A DNA stretch of 64,000 nt from Octopus vulgaris. Taxonomy: Eukaryota. This document shows, one piece after another, positions 1 through 15,192 of the stretch (position 1 is its first letter; every line of letters starts with the position of its first letter). The notes under the pieces were generated by a model. That model searched no databases, was not told the origin of the DNA, and saw only the letters and a list, made by a program, of their open reading frames with translations. Location of the stretch: NCBI GenBank assembly GCA_951406725.2, contig OX597819.1, positions 100,440,001 through 100,504,000 on the forward strand. Direction: 5' to 3'. A program made the translations under genes and the position numbers.

Positions 1-35
1 TTTCTATGCACGAGAAACCTAGGACCATTTTATAG

Positions 36-266
36 GGCGGCGAGTTGGCAGAAACGTTAGCACGCCGGGCGAAATACTTAGCGATGTTTCGTCTGCCGCT
101 AAGTTCTGAGTTCAAACTCCGCCGAGGTCGACTTAGCCTTTCATCCTTTCGGGGTCGATTAAATAAGTACCAATTACGCACTGGGGTTGATGTAAACGAC
201 TTAATCCCGTTGTCTGTCCTTGTTTGTTCCCTCTATGTTTAGTCCCTTGTGGGCAATCAAGAAATG
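36..266 (+). mobile_element. tRNA-derived SINE family A, full copy
   Basis: Head GGCGGCGAGTTGGCAGAAACGTTAG, B-box-like GAGTTCAAACTCC, central GCCTTTCATCCTTTCGGGGTCGAT. Flanked by an imperfect TSD tag(g/a)accattttat at about 20-33 and 274-287. More than 12 related copies occur in the window. Confidence 0.85.
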
Positions 267-336
267 AGGAATTTAGAACCATTTTATTCAATATAACATT
301 TACTAAATTGTTAGGGTAATATTTGAACCATATTTA

Positions 337-539
337 AGGCGGTGAGTTGGCAGAATCATTAGCAAGCTGAGCAAAATGCTTAGCGGCATTTCGTCCTGAG
401 TTCAAATTCCGCCAAGGGGTACTTTGCCTTTTATCCTTTCGAGGACGGTGAAATAAGTGCCAATTGAGTAATGGAGCCGATATAATCAAGATATCACGAC
501 CCTGAAATTGCTGGCCTTGTGCCAAAATATGAAATCATT
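337..539 (+). mobile_element. SINE family A, alternative-tail subfamily
   Basis: Same head and core as family A, with tail CCTGAAATTGCTGGCCTTGTGCCAAAAT. TSD atttga(a/g)ccatattt at 321-335 and 540-554. Confidence 0.8.
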
Positions 540-609
540 ATTTGAGCCATATTTGACTGCTATTTCTAATGCGTCAAGTAACCAATCCGAAGCCATCTCG
601 TTGCCTCGA

Positions 610-4290
<3,681 letters not shown>

Positions 4291-4633
4291 AGCAGCGGAC
4301 AGTTAACGGTGAAGAGTTGGTGCATGAGTATATCTGACATGGTGAAATGGCGGCGTTGTTGGAGGCAGAGACGACGGTGTAAACATGGCTTTATCATTTC
4401 TCTACTATTACCTTTCTGATTGGGTCTTGTCTAGTTTTTGATGACTTAATCTGGCCGTGTCAGTATAGGTTGGACACGACATATTTCAGAGGGATCAGCC
4501 ACACCATTAAATGTCTTTCAATGGTGATAGTCACAGCACGAACACTTCCAATGTATACTTTGTATGTATGTGTGTGTGTGTGGATACATATACATGTATA
4601 CATTCATACATACATACATACATACATGCATAC

Positions 4634-4679
<46 letters not shown>

Positions 4680-5319
4680 TCACATATATACACATATTGT
4701 GCACAAAGAGGAACATGCATATACTACCGATTATGTACGCACATACACACAAATTCAAGGTAGACACATAGAAATATAGCTATACTTAGACACTTTCACA
4801 GACACGCATATGTGTATGTGTAACTATATGAGTGAGTGTGTGAGAGAGAAGAGAGCAAGAGAGAGAGAGAGAAGAGTCAGAGTCAGAGTGAGCGTGACAA
4901 GTAGATAGATAGATACTTAAACACACATACACGTACGAACGCACGCGCATATGTGTGTACACACACAAACACACATACACATATGTAAAGCGCATTGTGC
5001 GCGTGTGTGTGCACCTGTGTATGTGTGAAGTTGCTTAGCCTAGCTCATAGGCGTTTTGGGCTGATAACCACAACGCCGACGGTTCGAATACTGGTCCAGG
5101 AGCGGGCTTCAATCCTTTAAGAATGTACTTCGTTTCGCATTGGTCCAGTCATCGTAGCTGAAGTAAGTAACCTGTGGATCAACAGTGCAAGAGCCGATAA
5201 TCAGACAATGAATGCCCACAACTATGACAACGCCTAAATCGTTTAGTGAAAGTATATTGCAATCACGAATACATATATATTTGTGTGTGTTGTGTGTGTA
5301 TAGTAGAAATTTCCAGAAA

Positions 5320-5465
5320 AACAAAACACGATGAAAAGTATATCAAGAACAAGAGGTTTATTAGTTTGACACTCGGAAAAATGTAAAAGTCTTTTATATT
5401 TCGAGCCTACACTCTTCAACAGAAGGGAATAAGAGAAAATGAACAGGGAGAATAAAATAAAACTT
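5320..5465 (-). mobile_element. Short repeat family with an HHR-like motif (CUGUUGA core)
   Basis: Minus strand 5390-5427 reads cttCTGTTGAa-gagt gtag gctc-GAAAT ATA-aaaga. Homologous to 41805-42000 and 51610-51850. Confidence 0.6.
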
Positions 5466-5922
5466 TGTCCTATTTGCTGTTTGTCGTGCTATCTTCAATT
5501 TTCCTGCATGCTGCGTTTAGTTGGTTTCCGTTTGTTGTGTTCTTTCTGTTCTACCCTTGATTTATATGCATGTGTGTGTGTGTGTGTGTGTGTGTGTGAG
5601 TGTGTATGTATGTGAGTGTTTCTGTAGGTATAGAAATACACACTCACACACACAAACACACATGTATACAAACATACATAAATACATATATGCATAATAA
5701 TGTATATACAAGCGAGTGGGTGCGTGTGATGATGTATATTTGTATATATAGACACAAATGTATCTCTCCCTTTCTCTCTCTCTATATATATAAACATATA
5801 TATATATATACATATGTAAGTGTATATATCTATATATATATATATATATGCACACACATATATATATGTGTGTGTGTGCGTGTGTATATATATATATTTG
5901 TATGTATTTATATCTATACGTC

Positions 5923-5953
<31 letters not shown>

Positions 5954-6337
5954 TGTGTGTATTTGTATATATGTTTGTGTCTATATTGTATGTGTGCGCG
6001 CTTTGTATGTGTACACAGGTAAAAATCTTAGCATATTTGAGACAACATAATTTGCATGTACAGGTATTAAAAAAAATTAACTTTAGGTGATACAAGTAAC
6101 CGATATCTCAAAGTTTGATGTGTTACATGCGCAATCATCAGTGTTGGACCAAAATCTTATCAACATATTTGTTTAGACTATATATGATCGCAACACCTGT
6201 CATCGTACACTGATGTTTGTGCATGTAACTTCCAGACGTCAGAATCTAGATTCAAATGATATATACTTTATCTTTATATACATACATATATATATATATA
6301 TATATGTGTGTGTGTATATATGTATATATATGTATAC

Positions 6338-6430
<93 letters not shown>

Positions 6431-6435
<5 letters not shown>

Positions 6436-6983
6436 GAAATATTAAAATTACTGAGTCTCTCTAAAGGAGTATACGGCCGCGTTACTGGAAATTAATAGTT
6501 ATCGCCATACTTATATGGCAGTCTTATAAATATAAGACTAAAGCTGTCGCTGATTAGCTCCAAGAGGCGACCGCCTCAAGCTAGCTATTTGACACACAAT
6601 CTGCGTCCATTATAAACCTTCGAACAGGGGAGGTCAGCCGCTTCATCCTGCCAGTCAGACAGCTGCAGACATGTTTCAGGGTATTTGCTCTTTATCAATG
6701 CAGCGTAGTCAGACCCAGCAGGTGTCGCTACTGACTGTCCCAGCTGTCTGCAGCTGTCTGACTGGCAGGATGAAGCGGCTGACTTCCCCTGTTCGAAGGT
6801 TTATAATGGACGCAGATTGTGTCAAATAGCTTGCTTGAGGCGGTGGCCTCTTGGAGCTAATCAGCGACAGTTTTAGTCTTATATTTATAAGACTGCCATA
6901 TAAGTATGGCGATAACTATTAATTTCCAGTAACGCTGCCGTATTCTCCTTTAGAGAGACTTAGTAATTTTAATATTTCTATTA
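6431..6983. repeat. About 240-bp fold-back inverted repeat adjoining (TA)n, PLE inverted-pLTR-like
   Basis: Arm 6431-6671 is the reverse complement of 6745-6983, with about 7 substitutions and one 2-nt indel by manual count. Confidence 0.95.
6662..6704 (-). ncRNA. Minimal type-I hammerhead ribozyme, U3:A8 variant
   Basis: gctgca-TTGATAA-agagcaaataccct-GAAAC AT GTC-tgcagc: 6-bp stem I, palindromic ACAUGU stem III, GUC cleavage triplet. Confidence 0.75.
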
Positions 6984-7542
6984 TTGAAAACAAGTGGATG
7001 TATTCCACTGAAACTAGGTAAATAGATTCTTCGAACAGGGACAGTCCATTGTTTCTAATGGGTAAATCGGCGTTCATGTCCGTTGTATAAATCCAAAGCA
7101 ATTACAAAGGAGACTTGTACATTTTTGAATTCCTGTTTTAATTTAAAACTTAATTGTACACAATAATTAATAGTTAATTGTACACAATAATTACTTAGTT
7201 AAAATGACCGAAACGTGTTTCTTCAGCAAGAGTATGTGTATCTGATATTTTATAGCAATATTAAATTTCGAAATCTTGCCTGCACTTTCCATTTCTTTCT
7301 AAAAATAATGAAATAAGCTAGCCACACATAAATAAAATAAGTTCGCTTCGGATTATGCTTGTGAATAGATCACGAATGAAGGTGCACACCAGAATATGGT
7401 ACGTTGCATTCGCAGCTGCACATAATCTATGCAGCAGAAACGCCTGCCGATCATTTTAACTAATTATGTTTAACTGTTACTTTAAAAGAAACATTTTAAG
7501 ATATACCAGTCTCTGTATTCTTTCTAATTGCCTTGGATATAT

Positions 7543-7597
<55 letters not shown>

Positions 7598-7598
7598 C

Positions 7599-7639
<41 letters not shown>

Positions 7640-7641
<2 letters not shown>

Positions 7642-7855
7642 CTCATTTACTTGTTTCAGTCATTTTGACCGCGCCCATGCTGGAGCTCCGCCACTAGTCG
7701 ATCAAATCGAACCATAGGACGTATTCTTTTTAAGCCTAGCACTTATTTTATCGGGTTCTTTTGTCGAACCGCTAAGTTAGGAAGATGTGAAGCACTACAA
7801 CATCGATTGTCAAGCGTTGGTAGGTGGACAAACACGGACACAAACACGCAAAACA
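7640..7855 (-). mobile_element. SINE family B, 3' half
   Basis: Matches the reverse complement of 48730-48930 (CAGCATGG..GGTCAAAATGACTGAAACAAG). Confidence 0.8.
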
Positions 7856-7870
7856 CACACACACACGCGC

Positions 7871-7924
<54 letters not shown>

Positions 7925-7931
<7 letters not shown>

Positions 7932-8045
7932 ATAATAAGAGTAAATAATTTCTATAAAGGCTTTTAAAAAAACCCCAATTATTTACTGGTATTGGGGTTT
8001 TTTTAAAAGCCTTTATAGAAATTATTTACTCTTATTATTATATTA
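7925..8045. repeat. About 55-bp perfect inverted repeat (hairpin) next to (TA)n
   Basis: 7925-7979 (taatataataataagagtaaa...ccccaat) pairs with 7991-8045 across an 11-nt loop. Confidence 0.9.
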
Positions 8046-8270
8046 CTATTTGGATTTTTCACTCCCTTTGACAACCTAATTGTTCCCCATCTTATGGAAC
8101 TATTTTTGTAATGCGCATGGCAAAATTTTGGAGGGAAGATTTATGAATTCAAACGTCTATGTAGATTTAGCTTTTGCTCACTTTCTTCAAATATTTTGAT
8201 GTCGCATGGTCAGAAGGTTTGAGGTACGTAGCATTTGATAAATCTATGATAAATCTTTTTCAATGGAAAG

Positions 8271-8383
8271 CTGTGCTGAAGAAGGATGTGAAATATATAT
8301 GCAATGTATATGAAATATATATCAAAAATATATATGGAATATATATTCAATATGTTTATAATCCAGAAACATGATGTTCACAG
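8271..8383 (+). ncRNA. Type-I hammerhead ribozyme with long AT-rich stem II
   Basis: ctgtg-CTGAAGA-agga...tcca-GAAAC ATGAT GTT-cacag. Stem I ctgtg/cacag is perfect. Confidence 0.7.
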
Positions 8384-8564
8384 ATAACCGCCAGACTTCG
8401 TATTCGTTATCTATTCCTTCTGTTTTGCATATGTGAATTACAGGGTCTGTCATGCCCGGAGTCCAACTTTGATAGAAATAAGCATTCTTGACTGCTATTT
8501 CTATTTTTTCGGTATGCGGTCAAGCAACCTGTTTTGCCTGTCCCTTTTTATATATATATTATAT

Positions 8565-8600
<36 letters not shown>

Positions 8601-8603
<3 letters not shown>

Positions 8604-8765
8604 GACGGGCTTCTTTCAGATTCCGTCTACCAAATCCACTCATAAATATTTGATCGGCTCGCGGCTATAGTAGAATACAGTTGTCCAAGGTGCTACACAG
8701 AGGGACTGAACCCGGAACCATGTGGCTGGGAAGTAGGATACTTACAACACAGCCACTCCTGCGCT
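8601..8765 (-). mobile_element. SINE family B, 5' half (tRNA head and CORE-like CCTTGG..AA..G region)
   Basis: Reverse complement of the family B head GCGCAGGAGTGGCTGTG..GGTTCCGGGTTCAGTCCC. Its partner half is 7640-7855. Confidence 0.8.
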
Positions 8766-8767
8766 TA

Positions 8768-8800
<33 letters not shown>

Positions 8801-9299
8801 ATGCCTGTGATTTTGTGTGTGTGTATCACCTAGCATACAGGGTAGGATAAAAGAATACAGATGCCAGGATTCAAACCATTGAAATATTATTTCATTCCAC
8901 GGTTCGAATACCATCTTAGGTATAACATGGAAAGTTTTTGGTCTATATTGTACACAATGGTGAACAATAACGCCATAATGTGCAGTATTTCAATGGGCCA
9001 ATCACTGATTCACTACAATCTTCGCCTTTGTGAGTAACACTAAGGAGTGAATTCGGTGTTTGACAAATATTTAAAGAGCTACCATTGTTCCTTTTTTGTT
9101 TCCTCATCGATGTTTGTACCCTTCGTTGACAGACTTTGGCAAATGATATTGGTGGTGTTGGCGGTGTTGCGTGGGGGGGGGCTTTAATTGTTATTGTTAT
9201 ACTCTTCATTTTCTTCAGCGAGGAGCCAGTGTCTTTGATCCATGAATGATGGAATGATAACCGTGACCATTGCACGTCACAGTGTACTTCTTAAATTGG

Positions 9300-9460
9300 T
9301 TTCAAATCTTTTGACGCGTGGCCATCAATTTTGTGGGCGGGATCAGTGTGTTACATCAACTCCAGTGCTCAAAAGGATGAACGGCGAAGTCGACTACGAC
9401 AGAAATTGAACTCAGAACGTAAAGATGGACGAATTGCCACTAACAGTTCTACCAGCACAC
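9300..9460 (-). mobile_element. SINE family A, decayed
   Basis: AAAGGATGAACGGCGAAGTCGAC..GAACTCAGAACGTAAAGA is the reverse complement of the family A core and head. Confidence 0.7.
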
Positions 9461-10107
9461 CGTCATTAGTGTTCTTAAATGAAAAAAGAATGCATGAAGT
9501 ATGAATAGTATTTGACACTTATTTCTACCAGTCAACAAATGCGTAGAACTTCCTCGCTACTTCGTGTTATGTAAAATAGTTTGCTACTAACTTTAAATAT
9601 GTTTATATATAGGAAAACTGTAGAAACAAAAGACCAGATATACAACCTGATTCACATCATCATTATACTAAAGCATTCTACATTTGCGTGATGAGTGAGT
9701 GAGCGAGAGAGAGAGACAGAGACAGACAGACAGAGAGTGAGAGAGGTTGAGAAAGAGACAGAGAGAGGTGTACCTATACACACACGGATAACAAAAATAA
9801 AATCACACCAACACACACACACACATATACGTGGTAGTATATCTCTGTGAATGTGCTTATAGTGAGACAGTTGGAGAAATATAAAGGTATGTAGTCGAAA
9901 TTGCATATATGTGTAGACTCGCATGTGCAATATTATACGTACACACAACATATATATATGCATACGCAAATGCATACAAATATGTATATATGTATATATG
10001 CATGCATTTATCCAAACAAATATGCAAACACACATATATACCCACATATATATACGTACATATGCATACACCCACACGCACAAACACAAACGTATATATA
10101 CACACAC

Positions 10108-10270
<163 letters not shown>

Positions 10271-11444
10271 TATACATATATACACATATATATATTTATG
10301 CATGTATGCATGTATACCCTTATATATTTATATATATCTGTTTATGTAAAAGCAGTCACAAGGCTGTCTACGAAATATGTCGGCCGTGTTTGCAAGTACG
10401 TGGCACTATAATTGTATTTCCCAATCCAATATTCTCCCTTTTATTAAAATCATGGTCCGAACCAATCCCTGACCAAACACCTCACCAAAGCCTTAACACT
10501 CATCCTCTTACCCTCGCCCTCCTCCTAGTTGACGTCCATCAATCTTCAACCACACAACATATCACGCAAGCTATTGCTAAATGATGTTATCAGGATGTGC
10601 CCTCGCCTCGTTCTCCTCCTCTTCCTCCTTCTTCTCTTGCCATCGTCTCCACCATTTCTAAGTTCTTCTGCTTCGTTCTGAAGGTAAACCAATGTAGGTT
10701 TACATCTTACAGAAGCAAATGTTAAATGAAGAGCTGGACAATCGAATTATTTCGTGAAATGTTTTTCTCTTGCCCGCCAAAATTCTGCCAAAGACTGTAT
10801 GGCAAATAATGCACAGGAGACGTGCAAATGAATAGGAAATATAAGGAATATACTACAGGGACTTAGTAATGGGTAAAACACTGCCGACACAGAATGTGGG
10901 AATTTTTTATTTAAGATTTAAGCTTATAGCTGTAAAGTCGTGGTTAGAGGAGTAAAAACATTAAACTCATCACATATGTATTGTTTCTGCAGTGTTAAGT
11001 AGCTGGGTGACAAATCTTTTTGTTTCTGCCTGTCTGCCTAATATTGTCCGTCACTATATTCCCTCTTTGTCTTTCTGTCTGTCACTCTAGTCAATGACTA
11101 TCTGTCTATCGGTCTATCTATTCTGTCACATTGATTGTCTTTCTCTGTCTGCCTGTCTGTATCACTCTGTCTTCCTGTCTGTCTAACTGCGTATCGGTCT
11201 CTCCTCTCTTTTCTCTCTCTGGAATTATCATCGGCATATCAAAGATTTTGCTTCTCGAGAAATGCCTATTGAATTGTGTTCCCCACTGAGCGCCTGAAAA
11301 TTACTCAGACACGATACCCTGCACTGTTACTTTTGTTCTTGTTCTTAGATTGCGTCTACTCACACAGAATTACGAATAAATACAATCTGTGTACAACCTA
11401 CTGTATTCAGACATAATGATTATAAGACAATGTAATCGAATATA

Positions 11445-11605
11445 TCGTCCGTCTTCGCGTTCTGAGTTCGACTTCCGCCGCGTTCAACTTTACCTATCAT
11501 TCTTTTGCAGTCGATAAAATAAGTACCAGCTGAGCACTGGGCCTGATGTAATGACTTACACCTCATCGCCAATATTGCTGGCCTTGCTTCAAAATTTGAA
11601 ACGAA
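11445..11605 (+). mobile_element. SINE family A, decayed
   Basis: GTTCTGAGTTCG..GTCGATAAAATAAGTACCAG..TTGCTGGCCTTG. Confidence 0.7.
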
Positions 11606-13125
11606 TATAATCGAATATATCCTGCCGAGTTTTCAAAGGATTGTAGTATGGGACTAGAGGGATATTTAGTTGCTACTTCTAACAAAACAACTGATCCCGC
11701 AGATGGCTTTTAATTATCTATTTATCTTGTTTTTGTTATTTTTCTTTTCCTTTCAACTGTATATCATCCTATCCATTTTCAGTGCTATATGTCACACGAA
11801 TTGACCTTATGCTCAATTAAACGCACTCCGGCTTAAAAATGATGCTAATGAAGCATTTTCGTGTAAACAGCAATCCTGAGCAAACTCAATAGGTCTGACA
11901 TTGTTCTATGGGAGAGGAAATATGTCTCCATGTACTTTTATAGACGGCAACTGCCTAGCAAATGTGAATATCGGGACTAAAATTAAGGGCTGGCTATATA
12001 ATATTACTTTACGTTAAATATCATAGGATTAGTGGACATATAAAGTAAGAGATTTGTATATATATATATATATATATATATAAGGAATGTTAGAGCTCTC
12101 CATGACAAAAAGCAGAAAAACCAAACTGACTCGCATCCTCCAAATGCACGTCGTTAATGTTATAGAGAAGACCTATGAAAATCCCTAGGATTGTTAATTA
12201 GAGTTTTCTGAGATGAAAGTATGCGTACAGTCGCAAGTGTGTGTAACATAACACATACTACACATACACTTAAACAGTAATGAAACGCACATGTACTAAA
12301 GGTACATTCATATTCATTCCGTGTTTGCATCAGCATATATCAACACACAAACTCAATGTATTTGCAAATGTCAGATATTGACTTAAGTCAAGAAAAGCGT
12401 CTTGTCACTTTGTTAGAGACAGCTTGAATTTTTCCGAAAACTTAAATCATCATCGATGTTTTCTCTATCCTTATTTTACATCCATTCATGTTTTATCTCA
12501 AAGGAAAATCACGTGTAGATTCACATACATAATCTCATATACACTCGCGCACGCACACTCACACACATACACACGCAGACATTATTCACGAGTTCAAATA
12601 CGCTTCCGTAAGTCATATAGCACAAATGACTCATGCTACCTGGATCTACATAAGTATTTGCAAGGTTTGTGTAAAATTTTAAGGATAAGCGATTTGACGA
12701 TAGATGACAAAGAGAACTAACTCTTTTGCGTTACTACCTTGCAACTGAGCAGGTGGCAAGTCAAATGAAACTCTAAAATAATCGTATATGTTAGATGTTG
12801 CGTGGGGAATGTTTTCAGATCCTATAAATAAACGGGATAACTATAGACGTGGGTAATTAATTCTTTTGGAAATCAACGTGTAGGATTCGAAATCCTAAAT
12901 TTGGAAGACAAAGAGGAAACTATATGAGCAATAGAATTTTATGCTAATGCTACACAGAACACGGATAAATTCTAGGAACGTTTAGGTAGATTTTAGGAAG
13001 AACATAAAGAAGTTCGATTTGAAACGAAGCGCATTCCAACCCGTCTCCACTGCACGGCACTTGGGTTTTTCTTAACTATATATCCAGGCCCCGACCACCT
13101 TTAGAATATGGAAAGTGAAGTCCGT

Positions 13126-13191
<66 letters not shown>

Positions 13192-13192
<1 letters not shown>

Positions 13193-13455
13193 AGAAAAAA
13201 AGTCAAAATAGAAAATGCTAAAATAATTTTATAAAGAACATTTCAGTACCGGTTTCAGTCATTTTGAGACCTTTTCAACTGTAACGATTAAATAATTAAA
13301 TTTAGAAAAATTAAAAGAAATGTTTTTTTAAAGGAATATTTGTATAGTGTTCAAATATAAGTGGCATTTTCCTTGTTTCTGCCTTGCTCTGTCTCTCTTG
13401 TTCACACTTGTGGGTTCGAGGTCGTTGTGAATTCTTGGTAGGGAAGAAGAAGAAG
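13192..13455 (-). mobile_element. Short HHR-bearing element, same family as 47531-47766, flanked by microsatellites
   Basis: About 240 bp match the reverse complement of 47531-47766. Confidence 0.85.
13241..13284 (-). ncRNA. Minimal hammerhead, U3:A8 variant
   Basis: cag-TTGAAAA-ggtc tcaaaat gact-GAAAC CG GTA-ctg, with palindromic ACCGGU stem III. Stem I is short. Confidence 0.6.
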
Positions 13456-13867
13456 GATATACACACACACATATATATATATATACACATACATACATAT
13501 ATATTTACACACACACATATATACATATATATATATACATATATAATATAAATTATATATATATACATATATGCATATATACATACGTATATGTACATAC
13601 ATCTATACACATATATATGCATATGTAGGCACAGGACGTCACAAAACGTGTACAACAAAAAATACGAAACACAAGTACATGAACTATTCATTCGAACAAC
13701 AAAAGACACAACTGGAAGACAAAACAAACAACATAAAAACGAGCCTTCATCAGTTGTTGGCTGGTTTTCCAGTCTCTTATTTCGAGCATTTAAAAACAAT
13801 ATACGCTTCCGATACAGCAGTTGCTCCCGCAAAGCAATATATATGTATATATATATATATATATACA

Positions 13868-14036
13868 AATAAGAAAATGGAGGAATAGATTTCTTTCAAT
13901 CATCAACTACTAGATAATATCAATTCATATAATTTATTAACTAATTATTTAGGAACATCCAGATCAAACAGAATAATACAGAATAAAACAGTACACATCA
14001 ATAATTGAAAGAAATCTATTCCTCCATTTTCTTATT
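13868..14036. repeat. 33-bp perfect inverted repeat next to (TA)n
   Basis: aataagaaaatggaggaatagatttctttcaat (13868-13900) pairs with 14004-14036. Confidence 0.9.
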
Positions 14037-14219
14037 ATGTATTATGAATTTGAGGTAAAATATTTTACCTTCACCCATATAATACAATAAATGAATTAAT
14101 TGCATTGCAATTCTTAGCATTTATGCATTAGCCTCTCTGGGTACTTTACTGGCAGTATATTGAATAAATGATATCACATAGTGGGTTACACTCATAACCC
14201 CTATCTCACTTTGTAATTT

Positions 14220-14312
<93 letters not shown>

Positions 14313-14318
<6 letters not shown>

Positions 14319-14900
14319 GTAGAAATTGATATTGATCAATTAAAACCAGTGGCTTAGCATTTTTAATCCGAAGATTAAAATTATTTGACATATAAAATTT
14401 AGAGGATTGACCACTAAAAGTGGACAGCCTATATGCTAAACATAGACGTCAAATCGCCATTTACCACGAAGAATGTGTTCTCAAGAAAAATCCAAAGTGT
14501 AAAAATAAGCAAGACACATGAAAATATACGAAATAAAAAACGATTACCTATGTACCAATTGGTTTCACTTGTTAATATTTACGTATGTGGACACGCAAAC
14601 ATCTGCAAAATCATCAGCACAATCTGCCGTTTATAAAACACAATTTTCAGAACTAGATACAGAACGCTCAACCAAAATCCATCATGTATAAAGTTCTACA
14701 ATTTATATTTAGTAGCATCTTTCAAAAATCCTTTGCTTTGGCACGCTGAGATTAGAAACTACTCTGCAGTTAATAAACTACAGCAGTCAATTTACCCGTT
14801 AGAGAACATTTTTAAAATTTAAAATTGAATAAAGGGTAGAAATTGATATTAATCAATTAAAACCAGTGGCGTAGCATATTTTAAAGAATCTGAAGATTAA
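14313..14900 (-). mobile_element. About 520-bp HHR-bearing unit with about 65-bp terminal direct repeat (pLTR/retrozyme-like)
   Basis: taaag(g)gtagaaattgatatt..caattaaaaccagtggc.tagcat..gaagattaa occurs at 14313-14378 and 14829-14900. Related to 54235-54430 and 61730-61800. Confidence 0.75.
14548..14622 (-). ncRNA. Type-I hammerhead ribozyme, canonical core
   Basis: ttgtg-CTGATGA-(extended stem II)-GAAAC CAATTG GTA-catag. Stem III is the palindrome ACCAAUUGGU. Confidence 0.75.
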
Positions 14901-14924
14901 TTAATGGACGGGTGTTGTATAAAA

Positions 14925-15192
14925 CAGTGGTTCCCAAAGTGGGTATTACTGCTCCCTTGGTGGTAGTGAAAAAATCAAGGGCTCGGCGAATAACTGAGGC
15001 GATGGCCAAAAGGTGGGTGCATTGATGTAAAAAAAAGCCCAAAATAATGGGTTCTTTAGGTTACGTTTTATTTGTGAAATAAAGTTGCTCTGAATTTACC
15101 GCAGAAAATGGTCTATATTTGTAATGGTGAGTGCGGATGGGGAGCTAAAACGGTAGCCATGGCGGCAGCCTGAAAAGTTTTGGCAACCACTG
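14925..15192. mobile_element. hAT (Charlie-like) MITE
   Basis: TIRs CAGTGGTTCCCAAA and TTTGGCAACCACTG. 8-bp flanks gtataaaa and gtcgaaaa form a decayed TSD. Confidence 0.8.

Noticed and set aside
7205-7230. gaccGAAACGTGTT half motif
   Set aside because: Only the 3' half of a hammerhead is present.
10593-10683. Possible exon (cag|..|gtaaac) with a signal-peptide-like [16 protein letters not shown]
   Set aside because: That frame stops after 28 codons, the hydrophobic run comes from a (CTC/CTT) tract, and no partner exons were found.
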